Positions 1 through 15,800 of a stretch of 64,000 bases of DNA are shown here, in pieces. The stretch is taken from NCBI RefSeq assembly GCF_009914755.1, contig NC_060928.1. One strand, 5' to 3'. The DNA is from the human T2T-CHM13v2.0 reference genome, Homo sapiens. The position numbers and the translations under genes are program-made. The notes under the pieces are model-generated. The model saw only the letters and a program-made list of their open reading frames with translations, was not told the origin of the DNA and did not search any database. Each line of letters begins with the position of its first letter. Position 1 is the first letter of the stretch.

Positions 1-149
1 ACAAATTTTGCATGTAATATGCTGCAAACAAGGATGCCAAAGTTTTCCCAAACTCATAAGCCCATTTTTAACCCCCTGTGAGGTCTTTTTACCCAGAAGT
101 AGAGCCTGAGATCAGGATTTTTGGGGGAGTGCCCTCAGGAGAAGTTGAA

Positions 150-505
150 TAAAGGAAGCACAGGAAGGTAGTGTAGGAAACTAAGCAAGAATGTGGCCTT
201 GGCTACATTGAGGTTGGTTCCACGGGAATAACCTGGAGTGCAAATAGCACTAAGAGTAAGGCTCACTTTTAGAACAGAAGGACTCCTTTTGTATCACGGT
301 CAGTCAAGGCTGAGGGATATCCCAGTGTGTATGTGGAGTATAGCATTGTAAGCAAAATGCTTCCAGTTTGGCTAATTACTATTCTCCAGAAAAGGTAGCA
401 GCTATGATTATTTATCAGCCAACACTCACAGCAGCTGGAAGATGGTTGGCTGAAACGTGAAAGAAATTTGGGTGAGGCATCAACACCCACTTTCTGTACC
501 ACATA
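150..505 (-). mobile_element. ERVL-class LTR (LTR16-like), old
   Basis: Motif cagccaacactcacagcagctgg...gggtgaggcatcaaca (416-485) resembles the reverse complement of the LTR16-family 5' end; boundaries approximate. Confidence 0.5.
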
Positions 506-1085
506 GTTATACTTGTTTCTCAGGCTAAGTTACACACCTGAGGCAAAGCTTTTTTTAGGTTAATGATGTACTAAAGAGGCTTAGTGGAACAAACTATAGG
601 CTCTGTCTCTCCAGTTTTCTCCAATGCTTTAAAAAAAATTCATCATTTCCCTTCTCCACTACTCATACTAGATAACTTTTAATCTCAACTTTTAATTTTA
701 TTTCCATTAGTTCAGGTGGTTTGTCAGGTGGGTTGCCCAGATCTTCATCTCTGAGGACTTTAAGTTCCTCAGTGTCATGCTCCTATCAAGCTATGGTTGT
801 TGTATTTACACTTAAAACTGGGCATGAGTGTTGCAAGAGGTATACTGGAGGACCACATGAGTGGCTAACGTATTTCTCTATATCCCCATTGTAGAGCAAC
901 AACCCCATGAAGATAAAGGTCAATTACCATTGCCAGTATGCTCCCTCCTTTATTTGATGGTTGGTCTACCGGGATGAAGAAAAGAAACTGTCCATAGTTT
1001 TAGATTCACTAGGAGTTGGATTATCTTTCCTTATGAAAACATTCCTCCACCCCAAACATGTGACTAGTGCCTCTATTATCCCTGA

Positions 1086-1447
1086 AACCATTGAAGCTGA
1101 TGGTGTAACTCTGTCTGAGAAAGTCAAGGGCTGCTAGTGCAAATCTCAGAGTCCAAAGGCCAGAGAACCTGGATCTCTGATGTTTAATGGCAGGAGAAGA
1201 TGGATGACCCAGCTGCCAAAGAGAGAGGGAATTTACCCTTCCTTTGCCTTTTTTGTTCTTTCTGCTCTCACAGCAGATTGGATGATCTACTCCCCACATT
1301 TGTGAGGGTTGATCATCTTTACTCATTCTACTGATTTAAATGCTAATCTCTTTCAGTAATCAGCTCACAGACATACAGAACTAGTATTTTGCCATCTCTC
1401 TGGATATCCCTTAATTCAGTCAAGTTGACATAAAATTAACCATCGCA
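1086..1447 (-). mobile_element. MLT2-family (ERVL) LTR fragment
   Basis: Ends in gtcaagttgacataaaattaaccatcgca, the reverse complement of the MLT2 start tgtgatggttaatttt...caacttgac. Confidence 0.7.
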
Positions 1448-1614
1448 GAGAACAAAAAAGCAATAAGCAAACACATAGCCAAAATGGATGTCAATATTAA
1501 TCAGCATGAAATAAAATATTGCTCTTTTCAGGTGGCTCTGGGTCAGATATAATTAGATTTCCACCCAGTACCTAGTAACATATCAGGGGTTTATTGTTGT
1601 CACATTTCCCCCCT

Positions 1615-2425
1615 ATTTTTTTAATTGAAGTGAAATTCTCAAAGTTATAAATTTTAAAGTGAAACATTGAGTGGCATTTAATGCATTCACAGTACTGTTT
1701 AACAACCTCCTGTCTCTAGCTGTCACACATTTTCATCACACTAAAAGTTAAACCTTGTGCCCATTAAGCAGTTGTGCCCATTTTTGCCATCTATTCCTAT
1801 CCCTACATAACCAACCATCTGCTTTTGTTTCTGTGAATTCACTTCTTCTGTATATTTCATATAAATGAAATCCTGCAATATGAGACTTTATGTCTGGCTT
1901 TTTTTCATTTAGAACAGTGTTTTCAAGGTTCTTCCATATTTTAGCATGGATCATTATGTCATGCCTTCTGTGCTGAATAATATTCCGTTGTATGTACATA
2001 TGACCATTTGTTTATCCATTAATGATTAATAAATATTTAGGATGTTTCTACCTTGTGGTATTTTGTGAATAGTGCTGCTATAAACACTTATGCACAGGTA
2101 TTTGTTTGAATACATGTTATGTGCATTTTGGGCATATACCTAGGGGTGGAATTGCTGAGTCATGTAGTGATTCTATTTAAATGTTGAGAAACTTCTAAAC
2201 TGTTTTTTCTAATGGCTGTACTATTTTTACATTTTCACCACCAATGTAAGAGGGTACAATTGTTCCACATTTTCTCAAACACCTGTTATTTTTTTTTCAT
2301 ACTGTGACTATCCTAGTTAGTGTGAAGCAGTATCTCATTGTGGTTTTGATTGGCATTTCATTAATGACTATTGATATTGAGCATCCTTTCATGTGTTATT
2401 TGCCCATTTTTAATTGGGTTGTCTC
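1615..2425 (-). mobile_element. L1MB-type LINE-1 3' end
   Basis: Typical old L1 3'UTR/ORF2-end text (gtgaatagtgctgctataaac, tatctcattgtggttttgatt) in antisense orientation. Confidence 0.8.
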
Positions 2426-2836
2426 CTGGTCAGTAGGTTTCACATCCATCCCAATATGAATTTAGGAAATGGGGAACTATTTTTGTTTTTGAATATACAG
2501 AATATTGCAGTCTCTTGTTACCTGCCCATCAGTCTCTTAGCATCATCATATTTAATTAGTCCTTTTTATTGGCTCCTTGATGTTGGGCATTCTCATCTCC
2601 CATTCTAAATTTTTGACCAACTATTTTGACAAGTTAGTATCCCTAATACCGTAAGTCAGTTTGCCTACTTATGTGAAGCAGTATGGTGATAATGAATAAA
2701 ATAATGGAATTTTAAAGAAAGGAGTATTTGTATTGAATATGGGCTCTATCATTCACTAAAAAGCTCAGCAATAATTTACTAATTTAGCAATCACTTAATC
2801 TTATGATTACTTTATCTTTAAATTTGGTATACCAGT

Positions 2837-3585
2837 TGTCTTAGTGAGTTCAGGCTGCTGTAATAAGATCCTATAGTCCAGGTGGCTTAAACAACCAACA
2901 TTTATTCCTTACTCTTCTAGACCACAGTACTGCCAGATCTGGTGTCTAATCTGGTATCCCACTGGTTTGCAGACAGCTCTATTGTGCTTTTTTCACATGA
3001 TTGGAACAGAGAGCAAGGAAGCAAGCTGTACTATTCCTTCTCATAAGGACACCTATCCCATGGTATAGAATAGCAGTTTGAAAATGACATTCATCAGTTT
3101 ACACACTACTATAAAAAAAAAAACCTGAGACTGGTAATTTATAAATAAAAGAGGTTTAATTGACTCACAGTTCTGCATGGTTGAGGATGCCTCAGGAAAC
3201 TTACAATCATGGCGGAAGGCAAAGGGGAAGCAAGGCACATCTTACATGGTGGCAGGAGAGAGGGAGAAAGAAAGAGGCAGGGGAAGTGCCACACTTTTAA
3301 AACCATTAGATCTCATGATAACTCACTATCACAAGAACTGCATGGGGAAGATCCGCCCCCATGATTCAATCACCTCCCACCAGGTCCCTCCCCTGACACG
3401 TGGGGATTATAATTCAACATGATATTTGGGTGGGGACATAGAGCCTAACCACATCACCTACTCATGAAGACTTAACCTTCATGACATAATTTTGCCCCAA
3501 ATGTCCCAGCTCCTAATACCATCACATTGGGTTTAAGATTTCAACATTTGAATTTGGGGAAGATGCAAACATTCAGTCCATAACA
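2837..3585 (-). mobile_element. MLT1A-type MaLR LTR interrupted by MSTA
   Basis: Starts tgtcttagt...ggctgctgtaa...ggtggcttaaacaac; ends caaacattcagtccataaca. Confidence 0.75.
3085..3456 (-). mobile_element. MSTA-type MaLR LTR nested in MLT1A
   Basis: gaggtttaattgactcacagttc...ggaaacttacaatcatggcggaaggc...atttgggtggggaca. Confidence 0.8.
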
Positions 3586-3870
3586 CTAGAACTTACTTTA
3601 TAGGCTCATAGTGATGATTGAATAAGCTTTAATCATAATTCCTAAATGCAATAGATGAAATCATTTATGATTATAGTTGATATTATTGTTAAAAATAGCA
3701 TGAAACAGTATACATACTAAAACTAGAGACAGATGTCAGACAATATTTGAAAGTAAATACTGAGATCTGGTCATATTGTAGAAATGTATGCCTCATACTT
3801 ACAGGCTGAGCATCTACTTTGCAATCTACAAAACGTGGTCAGCAGAAACAACAAGAAAAATTAACAATAA

Positions 3871-4160
3871 GGCTGGGCGTGGTGGCTTATACCTATAATC
3901 CCAGCATCTGGGGAGGCCTAGGTAGGAGGATTGCTTGAGGCCAGGAGTTTGAGACCAGCCTGGGCAACATAAAGAGACCTCAAACTACTAAAAATCCAAA
4001 ATATTAGCCAGGTGTAGAGGCATATGCCTGTAGTCCCAGCCACTGGAGAGGCTGAGGTGGCAAGATTTGCTTCAGCCTAGGGGACTGAGGCTTTATTAAG
4101 CTATGAGCATGCAACTGCATTCCAGGCAGGGTGGCAGAGCGAGACCCTGTTTCAAAAAAC
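3871..4160 (+). mobile_element. AluJ
   Basis: Dimeric Alu with ggattgcttgaggccaggagttt and gagaccctgt (J-type features). Confidence 0.9.
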
Positions 4161-4629
4161 TAATGAAACAGGAAGAATATTATTATTTAGGTGTTTGTTA
4201 AGCAACAGAAGAGAGGTTAACTTGGAATTGTGTTTCACAAATAATATTCTGTGCACTGATTGCCCTTGAATCATCAGGTGAACACCGACAGTTATAATGT
4301 TAAGAAAGCTATGTACTAGATACTATAGTAAGCTGTGCACTGGACATTATACTGTGTACTAAATAATATACTAAGTCAGTAATGAAGAGAGCTTACAACC
4401 ATGGCAATATTTATACCAAAAGTATTTGATATACAAACAACTGTTACAAACAGACATGAAAACAGTGAACCAATAGCACTTAGTACTGCATTAAAATAAG
4501 TTCTTTGTTTTGTTTTTGGTGGTCATCAAAAAATGTTTTATATTTTATGCACAATGTTTTGGCAACAATATATCAATAACACTTGAAAATTAAGTAAACA
4601 AACATATTTCTAAGTTTTTTTTATGTTTA

Positions 4630-5310
4630 TTGCTTTTCTAGGTTTTGGAAATGTAGTGGAGAAGAAAATCTCTATATTATTCATGGAGTTTACAATCTAG
4701 GCAGTAGTTTTCAACTAGAAGCAATTTTGTCCCCCAAGTAACATTTAGCAATGTCTAGAAATATTTTTCTTTTATCTTCCCAAGTTATTGCAACTTGGAA
4801 AGATACTACTGTTATTTAGGGGTTGGAGGCCTGAGGTGTGTTACAATACACAGGACAGTCCTCATCAACAAAGAAGTATATGCCCAGAAGGACAATAGTA
4901 CCAAGAATGAGAAATTCTGGTCTAGATGGAATATGGAGAAACAATAAGTAAGTAAACAAATAAATCAACAACTATGAAATAAAAAATAATATTTACATTG
5001 CTACATTGGTTCTGAGAAAATTGATTACAAATGCACCAAAATCGATGAGACTTGGGTTAAAGAAGATTTGAGGGACAATCAGAAGTTCAGTACATGTTAA
5101 GTTTCAGACACTCCTGTATCATCTTAGTAGAAGTACCTAGTAAATCACTGAGTAGATGACTCTGAATTCAGTGTATATGTTTCCTGGGTACATATATTTA
5201 AATACCATAGATGATAAATCATTCTTCATACTAACAGGAGATGAGATCACTTGAGGGTAAGTTTAGTGAAAGAAGAGAAGAGGCTAGAAGTTGGTCCTGA
5301 AGAGCTTTAT
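4630..5310 (-). mobile_element. L2 fragments interrupted by MER20
   Basis: catggagtttacaatctag and gatgagatcacttgagggtaag resemble antisense L2. Confidence 0.55.
4702..4919. mobile_element. MER20 (hAT-Charlie) DNA transposon
   Basis: TIR-like ends cagtagttttca / tgagaaattctg; TCTAG-containing target sites on both sides. Confidence 0.8.
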
Positions 5311-6482
5311 TATTTAGTGGTTCACTAGAAATACAGAGTGGGCAAATACTCCTTGAGAGGCAGCAAATTACTGCTCAAGAAATGTTGTATATCAGTCAAC
5401 AAAACCAAACAACTTATAACTAATTACAGGCTTTATGCTTGGATAAGAAATCCACTTGACTTAATCTTTTAGGCTAGATACTAATCGAGGTGGCCTGTTA
5501 CTCAGATAAGATTATTGTTAAAAATTCAATTTGTACTACTTAATAAGAAATGCAATAACTTACATTTAATGTTTTTGAAAAGGTTAGAAAAAATCAGAAT
5601 TTTTTATTTTGAAACATGCTTGTTTACTGATATACTTTATACACTTAAAGCTATAAGAATTAAATTATATTTTAAACCTTAAGGAGGTAAACAAATATCC
5701 AAATGCTAAAAATTTTTAGGTTTGTTTTACATTTTCATTATAAGCTATTTAGGAAAATATGTATAATTGTGAATGAAATAAATAAGCTAATTTACCAGAA
5801 ATTAGAGAATTTGATCTTTGCCTCATAAGTAGAAATGCTATTGCTTTCAATGCGTTCACAGATTTATAATATTATTTTACTGGAGAGTGTATCACTTATT
5901 TAGAAACTAGTTGAGAATTTTACTTAGCTTTTTTCACCTCAATAAAAAATTTAGTTGCAATTATATTTTCTGTTTTATTTTATGAATTTACTTGAATATG
6001 ACTTCACTTGAAATAATGCTCATTAAAATTCTGGAGAAATCAAAGTAGCTACAAACTTTTGCAATGACTGCAAAGAAAAACTGTACTTGATATTTTACTT
6101 TCATATACATGAGCATATTTATCATTTCCCATTGTAATGGCCATAATTTCTGGATCTTTCTTATTCCAAAAAGAGATAATTATGTCTTTCTCAATTTAAA
6201 TCATTTTATTTTTTTTCTAAAGTTCAATTTTACTAAATTGTTTGAGTCAAATATTTATTTGATTTATGACATGGATAATATCTCAATCAGTATCTTTCCA
6301 GTCTCAATGTGTAATGAAATAAAACCTCTCAGATACTAAATAATATAGGTTTCCTGTTTGTGATGATTTCTTAATAATAAGCCTATAACAAATCTAGAAA
6401 TAAACTACAATCAGAAACATATATCAAATATGCATGAAATAATTCCAAAATTATATTTCATATAAGTTGTTATTTAGTAAAA

Positions 6483-6568
6483 GTCTATTCATCTGTTGAT
6501 AGGCTCTAGGTTGATTGCACATTTTGGCTATTGTGAATAGTGCTGCAATAAACATGGGAGTCCAGACA
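6483..6568 (-). mobile_element. Short L1MA 3' fragment
   Basis: ttggctattgtgaatagtgctgcaataaacatgggagt. Confidence 0.65.
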
Positions 6569-7506
6569 TAATTAATTCAGTCATTCAGTGTTTTCTGCTG
6601 GATTTCTGTTTGGGGCCAGACTCTCTGCTAAGCCCTAAGGGTATATTTATGGGGAAAAAAATATATTTATGGGGAAAAAAAAAGTATTGTCTTATCAGTT
6701 TTGAAACTCATTTTCTAGTTAGATAGTATAATCAAATGACCACTGAAATAAATATATAATTATAGGCTTTGATGTGTACCATATATGAATTACCAAAGAT
6801 TAGCTACAGCAGTCAAACACAATGATAGTGTGTACTGAAAATGTTAAAAGACATTGTTGTATTATGATAAGCCTAGTCCTCTTTTCAAATAAAACACTTA
6901 AATTATATTTATTTTTGTTTTGGTTTAATTATAGAAGCTTAGAGTAGTGTTTCCATATGAATCTTGCTAGATGTTCTATTAAAAAATCTCATATGGTTTA
7001 CTCATTTATTCGTTTCACACACATTTACTGAGAACATAATGTATACCAGAAACTAATATAGTCCTTAAAGATATAGACTTGAGTAGGAGAGATAAATTCA
7101 CCATCATATTCTAGAAGGGAAAGTAATGAAAAGTAAACTGAAAACAAACAGCTATAAACATGAAATGCTATCCACTGAGAAGACTCCTTAGCCACTACCC
7201 ATTAGAACCACTTACTGAGTTAATGAATAACCTCATGGATATCCATTTACAGATAACATTGGTTTAAAAATTAGAGCCACCTATGACCAGGACTAATGTG
7301 TCTATCTTCAATTAATGATTCAAAAGTAGTTACCAATGCGATCTTAGATGTTGAGAGAAGAGTGACATTCTGTCAGTATATGCCACCTAGGACTCTAAGC
7401 CACTTGCACGTTAAACTTACAAGCGCCTTCTGAACTATCTTACTTTTAAAATGAATAATTTGAATTATTATGAAAGAATAAGTGATTCTCTTCCTAGCTT
7501 CCATAT

Positions 7507-7542
7507 TGTATTAATGAGGTTCTCCAGAGAAACAGAACCAAG

Positions 7543-7615
<73 letters not shown>

Positions 7616-7933
7616 TTTTAAGGAATTGGCTCACATGATTTTTGAGGCTGGCAAATCTGCAGGGTAGCCCAGCAAGCTGTAGACCCAAAGAAGAATTGAT
7701 ATTTCAGCTCAAGTTCACATTCTACTGGCAGAATTCCCTCCTGTTCTGGGGAAGTCAGCTGATTGGATAAAAACTATTTAAATTATGAAGGGTAATTTGC
7801 TTTACTCAAAGTGTACTGATTTAAATGTTAATCTGGTCTAAAAAATACCTTTGCAACAAAATTCAGAGCAATGTTTGACCAAATGTCTTGATACCATGGT
7901 CTAGCTAAGTTGACATATGAAATAAACCATCAT
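7507..7933 (-). mobile_element. MLT2-family LTR containing a compound microsatellite
   Basis: ggttctccagagaaacagaaccaa ... aagttgacatatgaaataaaccatca. Confidence 0.8.
7546..7610. repeat. (GT)n(GA)n compound microsatellite
   Basis: Directly visible. Confidence 0.98.
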
Positions 7934-7949
7934 TGTCAGAGATAAACAT

Positions 7950-8458
7950 TGTCAGGGATCAGAAAATGCTACCCCCAAAGTACATTGAATTGAAAAAGGT
8001 TGGGAGGATCTCAGTAGCAAGAAAGCCACTCTGACTTTTCTATTTCTGTGTGAGAGCTGACCATAAGTAAATTATCTGACTTACTTGCCTGAAAGTAGGT
8101 CATAAGACCTTCATTACAGAGGGGTCATGTCTTATAGCTAGAGGGCAGGAATGCTTCACAGAAAGGCCAAGACAAATCTGGATAGGCTTTGCTGAGATTC
8201 CCCCTCCATCTATTACCATTAGATCATACAATTTTTTGGTCCAATCACATTTTTACATGACTGTTCATTCTTCTGGGAGCATAATAATACAAAGTTTTCC
8301 TTGGTTCTTTGTGTCTTCATTTCTGAAGGCTCCCATGTAATGTAAAACTTTGATGAAATAAATTTTCTATGCTTTTCTCTTAACTTGTCTTTAGTTATAG
8401 GCATGTTGGCCATAACGCTTTTGAAAGGTGAGGAAAGTATTAAATCTTTCTTATATCA
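7950..8458 (+). mobile_element. MER34-family (ERV1) LTR
   Basis: Start tgtcagggatcagaaaatgctacccc; catttctgaaggctcccatgtaa. Confidence 0.65.
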
Positions 8459-8582
8459 TTTCAAACTTTTATTTATCCTTTCTTGTTGCCTTAATTTTGA
8501 AAATTCCATTTTTAAAATTATTCCACACAGGTTGTGACTTCCTGGGTTTTCTTCATTACTTTTTTATTGGAAGAAAATAATC

Positions 8583-8738
8583 CTAGTTTGATCGTCTGAA
8601 GCCTTCTTCACTCAACTCGTCAAAGTCATTCTCTGTCCAGCTTTGTTCCATTGCTGGTGAGGAACTGCGTTCCTTTGGAGGAGGAGAGGCCCTCTGCTTT
8701 TTAGAGTTTCCAGTTTTTCTGCTCTGTTTTATCCCCAT
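8583..8738 (-). pseudogene. L1 ORF1p N-terminal 51 codons (MGIKQSRKTGNSKKQRASPPPKERSSSPAMEQSWTENDFDELSEEGFRRSN*)
   Basis: Hand translation of the minus strand from the ATG at 8738; the TAG stop lies within the TSD. Confidence 0.85.
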
Positions 8739-9763
8739 CTTTGTGGTTTTACCCACTTTTGGTCTTTGATGATGGTGATGTACAGATGGGTTTTTGGTGT
8801 GGATGTCCTTTCTGTTTGTTAGTTTTCCCTCTAACAGACAGGACCCTCAGCTGCAGGTCTGTTGGAGTTTGCTAGAGGTCCACTCCAGACCCTGTTTGCC
8901 TGGCTACCAGCAGTGGTGGCTGCAGAACAGCGGATTTTTGTGAACCATGAATGCTGCTGTCTGAACGTTCCTCTGGAAGTTTTGTCTCAGAGGAGAACCC
9001 GGCCATGTGAGGTGTCTGTCTGCCCCTACTGGGGGGTGTCTCCCAGTTAGGCTGCTTGGGGGTCAGGGGTCAGGGACCCACTTGAGGAGGCAGTCTGCCC
9101 GTTCTCAGATCTCCAGCTGCGTGCTGGGAGAACCACTGCTCTCTTCAAAGCTGTCAGACAAGGACATTTAAGTCTGCAGAGGTTGCTGCTGTCTTTTTGT
9201 TTGTCTGTGCCCTGCCCCCAGAGGTGGAGCCTACAGAGGCAGGCAGGCTTCCTTGAACTGTGGTGGGCTCCACCAGTTCAACAATCCCGGCTGCTTTGTT
9301 TACCTAATCAAGCCTGGGCAATGGCGGGCGCCCCTCCCCCAGCCTCGCTGCTGCCTTGCAGTTTGATCTCAGACTGCTGTGCTAGCAATCAGTGAGACTC
9401 TGTGGGTGTAGGACCCTCCAAGCCATGTGTGGGATATAATCTCCTGGTGCGCTGTTTTTTAAGCCTGTCCGAAAAGTGCAGTATTAGGGTGGGAGTGACC
9501 CGATTTCCCAGGTGCCGTCTGTCACCCTTTTCTTTGACTAGGAAAGGGAACTCCCTGACCCCTTGCACTTCCCAAGTGAGGCAATGCCTTGCCCTGCTTT
9601 GGCTCGTGCACAGTGCACTGCACCCACTGTCCTGCACCCACTGTCTGGCACTCCCTAGTGAGATGAAGCCGGTACCTCAAATGGAAATGCAGAAATCACC
9701 CATCTTCTGCGTCACTCACGCTGGGAGCTGTAGACTGGAGCTGTTCCTATTTGGCCATCTTGG
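8739..9763 (-). promoter_or_regulatory. Inverted L1 5'UTR (internal sense promoter, YY1 site, antisense promoter, ZNF93-bound segment)
   Basis: ggccatcttgg at 9753-9763 is the reverse complement of the YY1 site CCAAGATGGCC; continuous antisense 5'UTR text; 129-bp segment at 8867-8995. Confidence 0.9.
9321..9395 (+). pseudogene. L1 ORF0, truncated at 24 aa
   Basis: MAGAPPPASLLPCSLISDCCASNQ* followed by in-frame ORF0-like VGVGPSKP; CGA>TGA change at 9393-9395. Confidence 0.85.
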
Positions 9764-9764
9764 G

Positions 9765-10301
9765 GACTGGTGTACCTGAAAGTGACGGGAAGAATGGAAC
9801 CAAGTTGGAAAACACTCTGCAGGATATTATCCAGGAGAATTTACCCAATCTAGCAAGGCAGGCCAACATTCAAATTTAGGAAATACAGAGAACGCCACAA
9901 AGATACTCCTCGAGAAGAGCAACTCCAAGACACGTAATTGTCAGATTCACCAAGTTGAAATGAAGGAAAAAATGTTAAGGGCAGCCAGAGAGAAAGGTCG
10001 GGTTACCCACAAAGGGAAGCCCATCAGACTAACAGCTGATCTCTCAGCAGAAACTCTACAAGCCAGAAGAGAGTGGGGGCCAATATTCAACATTCATAGC
10101 GAAAAGAATTTTGAACCCGGAATTTCATATCCAGCCAAACTAAGCTTCATAAGTGAAGGAGAAATAAAATACTTTACAGACAAGCAAATGCTGAGAGATT
10201 TTGTCACCACCAGGCCTGCCCTAAAAGAGCTCCTGAAGGAAGCACTAAACATGGAAAGGAATAACCAGTACCAGCCACTGCAAAATCATGCCAAATTGTA
10301 A
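9765..10301 (+). pseudogene. L1 ORF1p C-terminal half (RRM + CTD), frameshifted
   Basis: ORF 9960-10301 MKEKMLRAAREKGRVT...QPLQNHAKL; upstream GVPESDG/TKLENTLQDIIQEN text. Confidence 0.9.
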
Positions 10302-10348
10302 AGACCATTGAGGCTAGGAAGAAACTGCATCAACTAACAAGAAAATAA

Positions 10349-14160
<3,812 letters not shown>

Positions 14161-14859
14161 ACAATGAGAACACATGGACACAGGAAGGGGAACATCACAC
14201 TCTGGGGACTGTTGTGGGGTGGGGGTAGTGGGGAGGGATAGCATTAGGAGATATACCTAATGCTAAATGATGAGTTAATGGGTGCAGCACAGCAGCATGT
14301 CACATGTATACATATGTAACTAACTTGCACATTGTGCCCATGTACCCTAAAACTTAAGGTATAATAATAATAAAATAAAATAAAATAAAATAAAGAAAAT
14401 AATCCTAGTTTATTTCCTTCAGGAAAAAATGTTTTTAAACTGTGGAACTTCTTTAAAAAGAAGCTGAAACTAAAAACAATTAAACAAATTAAAAAGTTTC
14501 TTGCTTTTCAGTATTTTTTGATAGCTTATGTAAGAGACTCATTTGTGCATCCTTTTACTATTAGTTTATTCTAACATAGTTTTTCTCTAAGGAAGGAAAA
14601 AAATAACTGTGCTTATGCTAGCACATCAACTTTCTTTGGTCACACAAAAGCTTATAAATGAAATTTCCAGAAGTGTACTTCTGTCATATCTATCCAAAGC
14701 AATTCCAAGGAGCAATTCTAATTTAAAGGGAGAAGAAGACTTCACCACCAGATAGAAGGAGTGACAAAGTCACAATGCACGAAGCCCATGAAGGATGGAT
14801 GGAGTTATTGTGACAGTCGTAAATAATAATTTACCATAGGAGGCATGAGAACAGTGACA

Positions 14860-15800
14860 ACAGGATACAATTTTTTGTATATTTGCTTGAAAAACTAAAT
14901 AGATACTTGCAAAAATAAATGTTGTTTTATACTGCATATATCAGAAGAAATTCCAAGTGATTAAAATAAGGTTTATCAAAGAAATAAAAAATTGATCATA
15001 TGAGAATTTATTTTATAATATCACTGGTAATACTCTAATTAAGCATTAAACCTAGAAGCAATAAGAGAAAGTGATTTCAAAAAAAAATCACAAAAGTGAA
15101 AAAAAATTACATGGCAACAAATAAAATTTAAAAACAACCAAAACCTGAACATTCCGACAATTGGAAAATATTTATAAATTACATAGACAAAGATAAAACT
15201 TTCTGAATTTATTAGTATCTTTTTTCAAATAAGTAAAATATCAAAAACTCATAACAAAAATGAGCATATAATATGAGCAGTGAGTTCACAGAAAAGTTAA
15301 TGTAAGCAATTCTTAAATAACTGAAACAAATTCTCAGCGTTAGATATAAAAAAATGCAAATCATCTCATACTGAAATATTCTCCTAGTGGATTTGTACAG
15401 ACAAATGTGTGGGAAATCTCTTTAGCATTACTTGTGGGAGTGTAAATTGGTAAAACCTCTCATGAGGGTGATTTGCGAATATGTACAAAATTATAAATTG
15501 GCTTAACTCTGTATTTCTGGTAGGTTTTTCCTACAGTTATACATGCACATGTACATGCATCCATAGAGCAAATCACGATCCTGCTTTAAAAGAATGAGAA
15601 ATCTCCTAATATTATGATTTATATGTTTTTATCTCCTATGTTATGACCTGTGGAATTTAATATTTAATAGTAAAAGTTATGGAGTATTGCTTGTATATGC
15701 ATATACTATGTCTGGGAAAATACAGAAATAGCTAATGAGACTGGTTTCTTTCAGATTCAAGGTTTTTTTGTGAGGAGAAATTTTCATTTAATACTCTTTT
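14860..15800 (+). mobile_element. Old L1ME-type fragment
   Basis: Degenerate ORF2-end/3'UTR text (gtgggagtgtaaattggta). Confidence 0.5.

Larger units (their letters stand above)
2675..3650 (+). mobile_element. MIR SINE split by LTR insertions (pieces ~2675-2830 and ~3586-3650)
   Basis: Degenerate MIR-like text on both sides of the MLT1A. Confidence 0.4.

Noticed and set aside
506-1085. Possible ERVL internal sequence next to the LTR16-like LTR
   Set aside because: Too diverged to support by eye; no ORF or clear motif
14216-14237. G-quadruplex motif
   Set aside because: Ordinary L1 3'UTR polypurine tract
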